Shown one piece after another: positions 1 through 8,909 of a DNA stretch of 64,000 nt. Source of the stretch: Candidatus Eiseniibacteriota bacterium (lineage in GTDB: Bacteria > Eisenbacteria > RBG-16-71-46); NCBI GenBank assembly GCA_041483195.1, contig JBGPFC010000003.1:64001-128000 (forward strand), in the 5' to 3' direction. The notes under the pieces are model-generated. The model saw only the letters and a list, made by a program, of their open reading frames with translations, was not told the DNA's origin and searched no databases. The number at the start of each line of letters is the position of its first letter. Position 1 is the stretch's first letter. The position numbers and the translations under genes are program-made.

Positions 1-102
1 GCCCCCTTCGGGCGGCGCGTCGCCGGTGCTGGTTCGCACCGGGTTTGCGATTGCGAACGCGGGGATCAGCAGAAGCAGGAGCGTGAGCATTCGACCGAAC
101 AT
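1..102 (-). CDS. N-terminal fragment of a secreted hypothetical protein (runs off the window start)
   Basis: Read by hand: ATG at 102, GGAGA RBS upstream, MFGRMLTLLLLLIPAFAIA|NPVRT looks like a Sec signal peptide; frame open to position 1. Confidence 0.6.
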   Translation of the reverse strand, partial: MFGRMLTLLLLLIPAFAIANPVRTSTGDAPPEGG

Positions 103-378
103 GATAGAAGTTCTCCGGCGGGGACGGTGTGCGGGGGCACGAGGGCGATGGCCCGCGGACCACGCGGCTCCCGTTGCTTCAATCGTGCCGCGAGCCCGGC
201 CGTGCAATCCCCGGCTGCTTCGCGTGCCGGCCGCGCGCCCGGGGCTCCAGCCAGTGCACTCGGTTGACGCCGGCGGCTCCGACGTTGGCGGATCTCCGGC
301 ATCCGCGCCCCGGCCCTCGCGCGGTTGACTGCGCGCGCGCCCGTCGGCACATTGCGCGGCGTGAAGATCGAACGCACC

Positions 379-3132
379 ATGGGTCAGGCGCTCGTCGCGC
401 TCGCGCGGCGCATCGTCAGTGCCGCCACCGCCGCGCTCATCACGCTCACGGCCACCGCGCTCGCGCCCGCCCCCGCCCGCGCCGGGCTCGGATGGCGCAC
501 GCTGCGCACCGAGCACTTCACGGTCTTCTATCCGCGCGGCTACGAGGCGCAGGCGTGGGAGGCGCTCGCGTCGATCGAGCGCGCCCGGCCCGCCGTCGAA
601 TCGCTCACCACCAATCGCGTGCGCCACGCGTCGATCGTCATCGAGGACGTTGGCTCGACCGTGAACGGCGCGACCGACCCCATCAACGAGAGCGTGCACC
701 TGTTCACCTACGCGCCCGGGATGATGGACTTCCCGTCGGACTCCTGGTGGAGCGAGGTCGCGGCCCACGAATACACGCATCTGCTCCACCTCACGCGGCG
801 GCGAGGCATCCCCGGGATCGTCGCGCGGATCGGCGGCAACGCGCTCAATCCGATGACGTTTTCGCCGGGCTGGGCCAGCGAGGGGCTCGCGGTGTACGAG
901 GAGTCGCAGCGATCGCCGTACAGCGGCCGGCTCAACGACGGGTTCTTCGACGACTACCTGCGCGTCGCGAGCGGCGACCAGCGATTTCCCTCGCTGATGC
1001 GCGCGACCGCGACGCCGCTGGAGTATCCGTACGGCGTCCAGTACGTCGCCGGCGGCGAGTTCGAAGGATGGGTCGCGCGCCGTTACGGCGAGCGCAAGCT
1101 CTCCGAGTTCAACGGCGCGTACGCGGCTTCGCCCTGGTCGTACCTCTCGTCGCTCTTCCCGAGCGTGGGGCTCGACCGCACGGCGGAGAACGTGTTCGGC
1201 CGATCCTTCCCGATGCTGTGGAGCGACTTCGAGAAGGCCGAGGCCCAGCGACTGCCCGCGCCGCGCCGCTCGGCGGAGCGCCTCACGCACGACGGCTGGG
1301 ATCTCGGCAATCTGCTGATCGATGGCGGCACGCTCTACTACACCCGCGCGTATCCGGTGCGCACCGCGGCATTCAGCACCTGGGGCTTCAATCAGATCTG
1401 GGCGCGCGATCTCGCGAGCGGCGCCGAGCGGCCGGTGCTCACCACCACCGCCCCGATCGCATCGCCGTTCCGCATCGCGCGCGGCCACCTCTACTACGCG
1501 ACCTCCGAGCTGGCCCGCGGCTACGCGAACACCATGGCGATCGGATTCGGCTACGTTTCGCTGCTGCACGAGCGCGATCTCGCGACCGGCGGCGACCGCG
1601 TGATCCGCCGCGGCGCGATGCGCGGGTTCGCGATGCTCGCGGACGGCCGCGTGCTCTACGCGCGCGACCGGCGCGGCGCGTTCGGCTCGGAGCTGCGGGT
1701 GCTCGACCCCGCGACCCGCCGCGACAGCCTGCGGGTCGCGCTCGATCTGCTGGTGGACGAGATCGTCGTGGATGGCGATCGCTGCGTGCTCACCGCGAAG
1801 CCCGATGGCGAGCAGTACAGCCTGTACCGTCTCGATCTCGCGACCGGCGCGGCCGCACCGCTGGTGCGCACGCCGTTCGTGGAAGGCCGCGCATCGATCG
1901 CGGGCGACCTCGTGTTCTTCTCCGCCAACTACGACCGCACCTACGCAGCCTACGCGATCGATCTCTCGACCGGCACCGTCTCGCGGCTCACCGACGGCGG
2001 CTACGCGTCATCGCCCGCATACGACGCCGCGAGCCGCACGCTCTACTTCGCCGGGCTCAGATCGTACGGCAACGATCTTTATCGCATCCGCGCGAGCTTC
2101 GCGCCGTTCGCGCTGCCCGGGGATTCCACGGTGTCGGGCGTCGCGCCCGAGATGAACCGCGGCGCGGTAACGCGCGGCGGCTACCTGGACAATCTCAAGC
2201 ACATGGCGCCGCACGCGCTTCACGTGCCATGGGTGTCGGACGACGGCAACGCGGCCGGGCCGCTGTTCATTGGCGCCGACGCCATCGGCCATATTCCGCA
2301 ATACGTCGTGGCGCCGCTCTACGACTGGGAGAGACATCACCCGCGCTTCATCGCAGGAGTCCAGAGTGCGCACTTCGCGCCGCTGCTCGGCTCGGTGTTC
2401 TACGACGACGCGAGCGGCGAATCGCTGAACGGGTCGCTGGTCTATCCGCTCGTGCTGCGGCTCTCCCCCGGCGTGCAGAATCTGGTGGCCGGAACGAGCG
2501 TGTACGTGCACGACGTGTGGCATCGCCGCGAGCTGAGCCCGTTCGCGAGCATGCTCGTCGCGTGGCCCACGACCGTCGCGTTCGCCGCCGTCACGGTGCC
2601 GATCGAGCGCAGGTCGTGGGAATCGAGCATCAATCGCAACGCGCGGACCGCGGACCTGGGCGTGGCGCGCAAGGTGCGCGGCGGGCAGGTGGTCGCACAG
2701 GCGCGCTTGATCGACGACCCGATGAATCGCGACAATCCGTTCGACACGCTGCGTGGCTACGACGACGAGCTGCCCGCGTTGCGCGGCGGCGAGGCCGCGG
2801 TGGACGCGTCGGCGCCGATCTACAAGGTGAGGCGCGGCGTGTGGGGGATCGCGACCTACGTCGAGGGCCTCTACGGCGGCGTGTTCGTGGACGGCGCGGC
2901 GGGCGAACACGCGCGCACGCGTGTGGCCTACGGCGCGGAGGTGCACGCCGAGCTGGATGTGACCACGTTCGGAATCCCGCTCGACTTCGGCTGGCGCGTG
3001 GTGCAGAACCGCGAGGGCCGCGCGCGAGGGGAGCTGTTCGCGAGCTCTCGAACGTCGCTCGCGGGCGCGTTCACTGGCGCGGGGGACGTGATGCGGAGGT
3101 GGAGAGGACCGTTTCGGAGGTGGGGGCGGTAG
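379..3132 (+). CDS. Secreted multidomain protein: gluzincin-like peptidase domain, TolB/PD40-like beta-propeller and probable Omp85-like C-terminal beta-barrel
   Basis: Signal-like N-terminus (..APAPARA); HEYTH followed by WASEGLA; repeated YFAG/YYTR/FFSA propeller strands; LRGY motif and alternating beta-strands near the C-terminus. Start placed at ATG 379 (track start 325). Confidence 0.7.
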   Translation: MGQALVALARRIVSAATAALITLTATALAPAPARAGLGWRTLRTEHFTVFYPRGYEAQAWEALASIERARPAVESLTTNRVRHASIVIEDVGSTVNGATDPINESVHLFTYAPGMMDFPSDSWWSEVAAHEYTHLLHLTRRRGIPGIVARIGGNALNPMTFSPGWASEGLAVYEESQRSPYSGRLNDGFFDDYLRVASGDQRFPSLMRATATPLEYPYGVQYVAGGEFEGWVARRYGERKLSEFNGAYAASPWSYLSSLFPSVGLDRTAENVFGRSFPMLWSDFEKAEAQRLPAPRRSAERLTHDGWDLGNLLIDGGTLYYTRAYPVRTAAFSTWGFNQIWARDLASGAERPVLTTTAPIASPFRIARGHLYYATSELARGYANTMAIGFGYVSLLHERDLATGGDRVIRRGAMRGFAMLADGRVLYARDRRGAFGSELRVLDPATRRDSLRVALDLLVDEIVVDGDRCVLTAKPDGEQYSLYRLDLATGAAAPLVRTPFVEGRASIAGDLVFFSANYDRTYAAYAIDLSTGTVSRLTDGGYASSPAYDAASRTLYFAGLRSYGNDLYRIRASFAPFALPGDSTVSGVAPEMNRGAVTRGGYLDNLKHMAPHALHVPWVSDDGNAAGPLFIGADAIGHIPQYVVAPLYDWERHHPRFIAGVQSAHFAPLLGSVFYDDASGESLNGSLVYPLVLRLSPGVQNLVAGTSVYVHDVWHRRELSPFASMLVAWPTTVAFAAVTVPIERRSWESSINRNARTADLGVARKVRGGQVVAQARLIDDPMNRDNPFDTLRGYDDELPALRGGEAAVDASAPIYKVRRGVWGIATYVEGLYGGVFVDGAAGEHARTRVAYGAEVHAELDVTTFGIPLDFGWRVVQNREGRARGELFASSRTSLAGAFTGAGDVMRRWRGPFRRWGR

Positions 3133-3172
3133 CTTGATACAGGGCTGCACGCTTTGCCACGCTCAGAACGCG

Positions 3173-4039
3173 TCACCCCTCCGCCCCCGCCACTAATACG
3201 ATCCGATTCCCCGACGGATCGCGCACCGCGACGCCCTCGGGCACCGTCTCCACCTCCACCCCCGCCTCGCGCGCCCGCGCGACCACGCGATCCCGCTCCC
3301 CCTCATCCGGCAATCGCACCACGAAGTACCGCAGCCCCACCGAGCCCGCGGGAGGCGCCGGCGCGCCGACTCCCGCCCACGTGTTGAGCCCGATGTGGTG
3401 GTGGTATCCGCCGGCGGAGACGAACAGCGCGGATGGTCCGAAGCGCAGCATGAGGTCGAATCCGAGCACGTCCACGTAGAACTTCTGCGCAGCGTCGAGC
3501 CCGGCCACGTGCAGGTGCATGTGGCCGATCCTGGTGCCGACCGCGAGCCCGCTGAAGGCCGAGTCGTCATCGCCCAGCTCGGAGAGCACGCCGTCGGCAT
3601 CGAGCGGATCGGTCGCCATGCGCACGAAGCCGCCGTCGAACCGCCACTCCGCGCGCGGGCGATCGCGGCAGATCTCGATCCCGTTGTCGTCGGGATCGGA
3701 GAGGTAGAGCGCCTCGCTCACCAGATGATCCGCGGCTCCGGTCAGCGGGGTCTCCGTCTCGACGAGATGGGCGAGCGATCGCGCGAGGTCGCGGCGCGAG
3801 GGCACGAGCACCGCGAAGTGGTAGAGGCCGGTGGTTCCGCGCACCCGCTTCGCGCCGCGCTCCTCGTGCAGCACCAGCAGGTCCGCGCCGCCCGCGCCGA
3901 GCCGCGCGCTCGACTGCTCGCGCAGGCGCGTGCGAAATCCGAGCCGCTCCTCGTAGAACGCAATCGCGCGGGCGAGGTCCGACACCGTGAGGTGCACGGC
4001 GCCGAGGGTGGTGCCGGGATGAATCGAGGTGTGGGTCAC
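3173..4039 (-). CDS. VOC/glyoxalase family protein (CatE-like, two VOC domains)
   Basis: LGAVHLTVSDL..FY, GLYHFAVL, DHLVSEALYLSDPD.NGIE, GHMHLHV, GGYHHHIGLNTW, RDPSGN; GTG start at 4039. Confidence 0.88.
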   Translation of the reverse strand: MTHTSIHPGTTLGAVHLTVSDLARAIAFYEERLGFRTRLREQSSARLGAGGADLLVLHEERGAKRVRGTTGLYHFAVLVPSRRDLARSLAHLVETETPLTGAADHLVSEALYLSDPDDNGIEICRDRPRAEWRFDGGFVRMATDPLDADGVLSELGDDDSAFSGLAVGTRIGHMHLHVAGLDAAQKFYVDVLGFDLMLRFGPSALFVSAGGYHHHIGLNTWAGVGAPAPPAGSVGLRYFVVRLPDEGERDRVVARAREAGVEVETVPEGVAVRDPSGNRIVLVAGAEG

Positions 4040-4167
4040 GGGCGCTTCCGATGCTGGAGTGGGCCGGCACGGATCATCTCTCATCATCGAATCGTCGCAC
4101 AGCGAAAACCCCGCGCGGCTCTGGCTGCCGCGCGGGGCTCGTGCTGAGGGTATGACCGTGCTCGACG

Positions 4168-4701
4168 CTACCAGCCCGCCTTGGTCGGTGTGACGCCGTA
4201 CTTCGAGAAGTGCCAGAGCGGGGTGATGATCTGGAAGTCCGGCCAGCTCAGCCGCGAGCCGGTTACCGTGCACCACGTGCCGCTGGCCGGATTGAACCAG
4301 CGGGTCTCGAACAGATGCGGATTGAGAGCGGTGCCGAGGTAGCCCGCGACCAGCATCACCGGCAGCCTGAAGCCGTTCGCAGACGGCGGGCTGATCTCGA
4401 GCGAGCACTGAAGAACGCTCTGATCGGGGATCGTCATCGTGATCGTGGCGGTGCCGTTGATCGCCCCGGGGGGCACGATGAGCGTGTAGCGGCCGGCGCT
4501 GAGAACGCCGCCCAGCAGACCGTGGATGGTGACGGAGCGCGTGATGCTTTCATTGGAAGACGCCGGCACGCTGACGAACTCGGGATTCGAGGCGCAGTCG
4601 CCATTGGTGTCGGCGAATACTGGACGTGCCTGGATCAGCAACAGCGCCGCGACCGCGAGGAGTGCGCCGCGCAGAAGCCGGGAACGGAAGATCGAGAGCA
4701 T
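4168..4701 (-). CDS. Secreted hypothetical protein with a ZU5-like region and C-terminal HFS motif
   Basis: Signal peptide (..ARPVFA|D); GGVLSAGRYTLIVPPGA pattern; WHFSKYGV close to the C-terminus. Confidence 0.7.
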   Translation of the reverse strand: MLSIFRSRLLRGALLAVAALLLIQARPVFADTNGDCASNPEFVSVPASSNESITRSVTIHGLLGGVLSAGRYTLIVPPGAINGTATITMTIPDQSVLQCSLEISPPSANGFRLPVMLVAGYLGTALNPHLFETRWFNPASGTWCTVTGSRLSWPDFQIITPLWHFSKYGVTPTKAGW

Positions 4702-4797
4702 CGGGGGGCCTCGAACTGGTGGTGCGAGTCAAAATGAGCCCGGCAATGCCCGTCCGCTGACTCGCGATTGGAGACGGGGGTCTCTGCCCTCCTGTTG

Positions 4798-4814
4798 TGC
4801 AGGCGTCGTGCCCG
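4798..4814 (-). promoter_or_regulatory. Possible sigma54 (-24/-12) promoter of the 4168..4701 gene
   Basis: Minus strand CGGGCACGACGCCTGCA gives GG-N10-GC with a GGCACG core, about 97 nt upstream of the ATG; chance matches are likely at this GC. Confidence 0.25.
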
Positions 4815-4996
4815 GGGAGGATCGCGTCTAGCGGAATTCTTCTCGTGCGGCGGGACACGGAGTTACGCGGCCCCACGTGTCGGTGCGCGCCTCACGTTGC
4901 GGCCCCGCAATCCATGCAATGGCGAATTGAAATGCGCGGCTGCGCGGAACCACGCAGGGCCGGGGGAAAATGACGCGGGGCCCGCGAGGCCGAACC

Positions 4997-6010
4997 TCAA
5001 TGGCGCTTGCGGTAGGCGTCGCGCTCGCGGAACGCGAGGTCGAAGATCTCCGCGGGAACCATGGTGGCTCGCATCTTGGCCGCAAACTGGTCAGAGGTCG
5101 CGCGCCATTCGGCGGCGGCGGCCGGGGTGGCGCGGATCAACGTGAGCCCGCGCTTCTCCATCTCGACCACGGCCAGGCTGTCCTGCCCGGGAATCTGCAT
5201 CTCGAGCTGGGCCTCGGCCTTCTTGCATGCGGTCAGCAGCGCGACGCGGTCGGCATCGGAGATCCGGCTCCACGCCTGCTTCGTCACCACCAGCGCGCCC
5301 ACCAGCGGCGCGATCCCGATCTCGCCCATGTTCGGCGTGGTGCGGAACCATTGCAGCGAGAGCGCCGCGAGCGGCGTGGTCGGCAGCGCGTCGAACATCC
5401 CGGTCTGGAGCCCGGTCACGATGTCGGTCATCGCGAGCGGCACCGGCTGAAATCCGTTCTCCTTCCACATCGAGACCATCCGGTCGTCTCCGGCCCACAC
5501 GTACATCTTCAGCCGCTTGAGGTCATCGACGCTGGTCGCGGGCTTGCGCGTGAACATGTGCACCCAGCCGGCGTGGCCCCAGTTGAGCATCACGAAGCCG
5601 CGGGCATCGAGCCGCTGGCGGAGCGTCGGCTCCATCCGGTCGAGCACGGTGAGCAGCTCGCCGTAGCTGTCGAAGAACATCGGGATCTCGAACACCTTGA
5701 ACGCCTCGTCGATCGCCGAGAGCCCGACCACCGTGAGCGCCGCCGCCTGGAGCTGGCCGATGCGCATCTTGCGCACCATGTCGGGCTCATCGCCGGCGAC
5801 GCCGCCGGGATAGACGCGCAACGCGACGCGGCCCTGGGTGGTCTGCGACCACTGGGCGCCCATGCCGAGCAGCACCTTGTGCCACACCGAGCCGTCGGGA
5901 ACCAGGCTCGCGAGCTTGATGGTGACCGGCGCCTGGCTCGCGGTGGGACGGGGAGCGAGCAGCGCGAGCAGGAGTGCTGCGGGAATCAGCGCGCGGGGCG
6001 CGAACTTCAT
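4997..6010 (-). CDS. dctP: TRAP/TPAT transporter substrate-binding protein (DctP/TatP)
   Basis: Signal peptide, then TIKLASLVPDGSVW, YPGGVAGDEPDMVRKMRIGQLQAA, GLQTGMFDA; ATG at 6010 overlaps the upstream stop. Confidence 0.9.
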   Translation of the reverse strand: MKFAPRALIPAALLLALLAPRPTASQAPVTIKLASLVPDGSVWHKVLLGMGAQWSQTTQGRVALRVYPGGVAGDEPDMVRKMRIGQLQAAALTVVGLSAIDEAFKVFEIPMFFDSYGELLTVLDRMEPTLRQRLDARGFVMLNWGHAGWVHMFTRKPATSVDDLKRLKMYVWAGDDRMVSMWKENGFQPVPLAMTDIVTGLQTGMFDALPTTPLAALSLQWFRTTPNMGEIGIAPLVGALVVTKQAWSRISDADRVALLTACKKAEAQLEMQIPGQDSLAVVEMEKRGLTLIRATPAAAAEWRATSDQFAAKMRATMVPAEIFDLAFRERDAYRKRH

Positions 6011-6963
6011 TTCGTTTCCTCCGGTTTGGCGTCGCCGGCATCGAGGAACAGATCGTCGGCGCGGGCCAGCAACGCGCGCGCCTTGCGCTGCATGATCACG
6101 GTCTCGAGTCGCTGCGACGGATTCTTCTCGGGGTCGATCGCGAGCGCCTGATTGAGGAGACGCTCGAACGTCTTGCGATCCTGCTGCGGCACGGCGACGG
6201 CCTCGGCGAGCGCGACGTACGGGCCGGGGCGGTCGCCCTTCGAGATCGCGACCGCGCGCTCGAAGTGCTGCTTCGCGTGCTCGATCGATCCGCCGAGATC
6301 GGCCGGCAGCGCATCGAGCGCGATCATCGCCTCGTGAATCGAGCCGCCTTCGAAGTTCTCGTTCAGCGCGAGCGCCCGCTCCATGAGCGCGCGCACGGCG
6401 GGCAGGTCGGCCACCAGCTCGGGCCGGTCCTTGCCGAGCGCGATCGCGGAACCCCACGCCGCGGCGGTCCAGAACAGGATCGGTTGCTCCCGCAGCGTGA
6501 TGGCCTTCACCGCCTCCTGCGGCGCCATGCTCAACCGCTGCGTGATGCCCTTGTGCCGCAGCTCGAGCCCGCGCAGTCCGTAGCCGCGCGCGCGCAGGTA
6601 GAGCTTGAGCGCGCGGTCGTTCATGGTCGTGACCTTCTCGTAGTCGGTGTCGCCCGCGATGTCGGCGTCCATCTGGACGAAGGCGTACGCGTACTGGGTG
6701 AAGCCCTGGGTCGCGCCGAGCAGCAGGCCCTCGTGTTTCGGCGATTCCTTGAGCAGCATCTCCATGGTCTTGAGCCCGAACGGCAGCGCGCCGCGCACCA
6801 GCTCCGGGTCGTCGTCAGACGTGAAGGCGTCGCCCCCCTGCGCGACCGAGTCGCCGATCGCGTTGATCGCGTACTTGCGGATCGAGCACGAGGTGGCGCC
6901 GAACAGCAGCGATGCCGCGGCAAGCGCGAGCCACGGCCACGGGGCCGCGACTTTCGGGAGCAT
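6007..6963 (-). CDS. tatT: TRAP transporter TatT component (TPR-like lipoprotein)
   Basis: Lipobox-like GATSC; DDDPELVRGALPFGLKTME, FTQYAYAFVQ, LYLRARGYGLRGL, HFERAVAIS; directly upstream of dctP. Confidence 0.85.
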   Translation of the reverse strand: MLPKVAAPWPWLALAAASLLFGATSCSIRKYAINAIGDSVAQGGDAFTSDDDPELVRGALPFGLKTMEMLLKESPKHEGLLLGATQGFTQYAYAFVQMDADIAGDTDYEKVTTMNDRALKLYLRARGYGLRGLELRHKGITQRLSMAPQEAVKAITLREQPILFWTAAAWGSAIALGKDRPELVADLPAVRALMERALALNENFEGGSIHEAMIALDALPADLGGSIEHAKQHFERAVAISKGDRPGPYVALAEAVAVPQQDRKTFERLLNQALAIDPEKNPSQRLETVIMQRKARALLARADDLFLDAGDAKPEETK

Positions 6964-7269
6964 GAGCCGCGAGCAAGGGCCAGCCTCACCATGCGGGCGG
7001 CGGGCGGCACGAGTTGAGCCTGCGCTCGAGTCCACGAACATGGGGCGGACCGTCCTTTGGTCCTTGGGCCTGGGGCGATGGGGAGTCGCTTTGGGTCGGC
7101 GGTGGATGCGGCGTGAAGCTAGCGGCAGGCTTGGCGGGCCGTCAAGGACGCCGGACCCGCGTCCATCGCGGGCGTCGAGGCGGAGTTTGCGCGCCCCGGG
7201 CCGGGGTGTGGCATATTCCCCCGGCTCGATTTGGACCCCTCGTTCCATTCTCTTCGATGGAGGCTTGTC

Positions 7270-8907
7270 ATGCCGATCACGCAGACCCCCGCGCGGCGCC
7301 CGGGCGCCATGGCCTGGATGCCGCTCGCGTGCGGGCTTACCGCGCTCGCGCTCGCCGCGGCGCCATCGCTCGCGGCCAAGTCCGCGCCGGCCCGGAGCGG
7401 AGCCGCGCCGAAGACCGGCGCGAAGTCCGCGGCCGCGCCGCTCCACACCGGGCTCGAATCGCTCGAAAAGCAGGTGAAGGAGTTCACGCTCTCCAACGGG
7501 CTCAAGTTCATCGTGGTCGAGCGCCACGACTCGCCGGTGTTCTCCTTCAGCACCGTGGTCAACGCCGGATCGGCGAACGATCAGGTGGGCACCACCGGCA
7601 TCGCGCACATGATGGAGCACATGGCGTTCAAGGGCACGCCGCTGGTGGGCACCAAGGATTTCGCGGCCGAACAGCCGCTGCTCGATGGCGAGGAGCAGGC
7701 GTGGGGCGCCTATCTCGCCGAGCGCCGCAAGGGCCCGAAGGCCGACGCCGCGAAGCTCGCGGCGCTCGAGCAGGCGTTCAAGAACGCGCAGGAAAAGGCG
7801 CGCGCCGAGGTGGTCTCGAACGGCTTCGCCACGGTGCTCGAGCAGAACGGCGAGCAGAACCTGAACGCTTTCACGTCGAACGACATCACCGCCTACTTCT
7901 ACTCGATGCCTTCCAACCGCCTCGAGCTGTGGGCGCTCATGGAGGGCGGGCGCATGGCGCACCCGGTGTTCCGTGAGTTCTACAAGGAGCGCGACGTCGT
8001 GTACGAAGAGCGCCGCATGCGCTACGAGTCCTCGCCGGTCGGCCGGCTCCTGCTCGAGTTCATCACCTCCTCGTTCCAGGCCCACCCCTACGGCTTCGGC
8101 GGCATCGGCTTCCCCTCGGACCTCAAGAGCTTCAGCCGCACGCAGGGCGAGGCGTTCTACAAGCGGAACTACGTCGCGAAGAACATGGTGGTCTCGCTGG
8201 TGGGCGACGTGAAGGTGGACGAGGCGCAGCGGGACGCGCAGAAATATTTCTCCGACCTGAGCGACGCGCCCGCTCCGCCCCCGCTCGACACGGTCGAGCC
8301 GGAGCAGAAGGCCGAGCGCCGCGTGACCGTCGAGGATCCGGCGCAGCCGTTCATCTTCATCGGCTGGCACATCCCGGCGGAAAGCGATCCCAGCTACCCG
8401 GCCTATCAGGCGCTGGGGAGTTTGCTCGCGGGCGGCGACTTCGCGCGGCTCAACAAGCGGCTGGTGAAGGAGAAGAAGATCGCGGTGCAGGTGCAGGCGG
8501 TGCCGGGATTCCCGGGCACCAAGTACCCGAACCTGTTCATCATGGTGGTGGTGCCGGCCGCCGGCCAGGACCCGCTCGTGGTAGAGCAGGAACTCTACAA
8601 GACCCTCGACGAGATCAAGACCTCGAAGCCCTTCACCCAGGAAGAGCTCGACGGGTACAAGGTGCGCACCCGCGCGCAGAAGATCGGAGCGGCTGAATCG
8701 AACTCAAGCCTCGCGCTCGCGCTCGCCCAGTCCCAGACCATCCAGGGCGACTGGCGCGAGTGGTTCCGCGACCTCGAGCGCGTGCAGGCGCTTGAGGTGA
8801 GCGATCTGACCGGCGTCATGAACAAGGCGCTGGTCAAGAGCAACCGCACGGTCGGCATGATCGTGAATCCCAAGACCGAGACCGCTTCGAGCGGCGGAGG
8901 GCGCTGA
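7270..8907 (+). CDS. M16 (pitrilysin/insulinase) family zinc peptidase, catalytic subunit
   Basis: TLSNGL, GIAHMMEHMAFKGT (HxxEH), NAFTS.D.T.Y, ERDVVYEERRMR, HPY; GGAGG RBS before ATG 7270. Confidence 0.93.
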   Translation: MPITQTPARRPGAMAWMPLACGLTALALAAAPSLAAKSAPARSGAAPKTGAKSAAAPLHTGLESLEKQVKEFTLSNGLKFIVVERHDSPVFSFSTVVNAGSANDQVGTTGIAHMMEHMAFKGTPLVGTKDFAAEQPLLDGEEQAWGAYLAERRKGPKADAAKLAALEQAFKNAQEKARAEVVSNGFATVLEQNGEQNLNAFTSNDITAYFYSMPSNRLELWALMEGGRMAHPVFREFYKERDVVYEERRMRYESSPVGRLLLEFITSSFQAHPYGFGGIGFPSDLKSFSRTQGEAFYKRNYVAKNMVVSLVGDVKVDEAQRDAQKYFSDLSDAPAPPPLDTVEPEQKAERRVTVEDPAQPFIFIGWHIPAESDPSYPAYQALGSLLAGGDFARLNKRLVKEKKIAVQVQAVPGFPGTKYPNLFIMVVVPAAGQDPLVVEQELYKTLDEIKTSKPFTQEELDGYKVRTRAQKIGAAESNSSLALALAQSQTIQGDWREWFRDLERVQALEVSDLTGVMNKALVKSNRTVGMIVNPKTETASSGGGR

Positions 8908-8909
8908 CC

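Noticed and set aside
175..190. Sigma54-like CGGCACGATTGAAGCA on the minus strand upstream of the first partial gene
   Set aside because: The -12 element (AAGC) is a poor match and chance occurrence is likely.
129..3137. 1002-aa ORF and many other long overlapping or antisense ORFs (e.g. 9572..11089, 10608..13220, 49258..51174, 53335..56220)
   Set aside because: Arg/Ala/Gly/Pro-rich shadow frames of real genes, expected at this GC content; no recognisable motifs.
4040..4408. N-terminal extension of the VOC ORF in the track (411 aa)
   Set aside because: It overlaps the 4168..4701 gene; family similarity starts at about GTG 4039.
6964..8370. Apparent 787-aa TatT fusion
   Set aside because: The extension is antisense to the M16 peptidase; the lipoprotein signal begins at about 6963.
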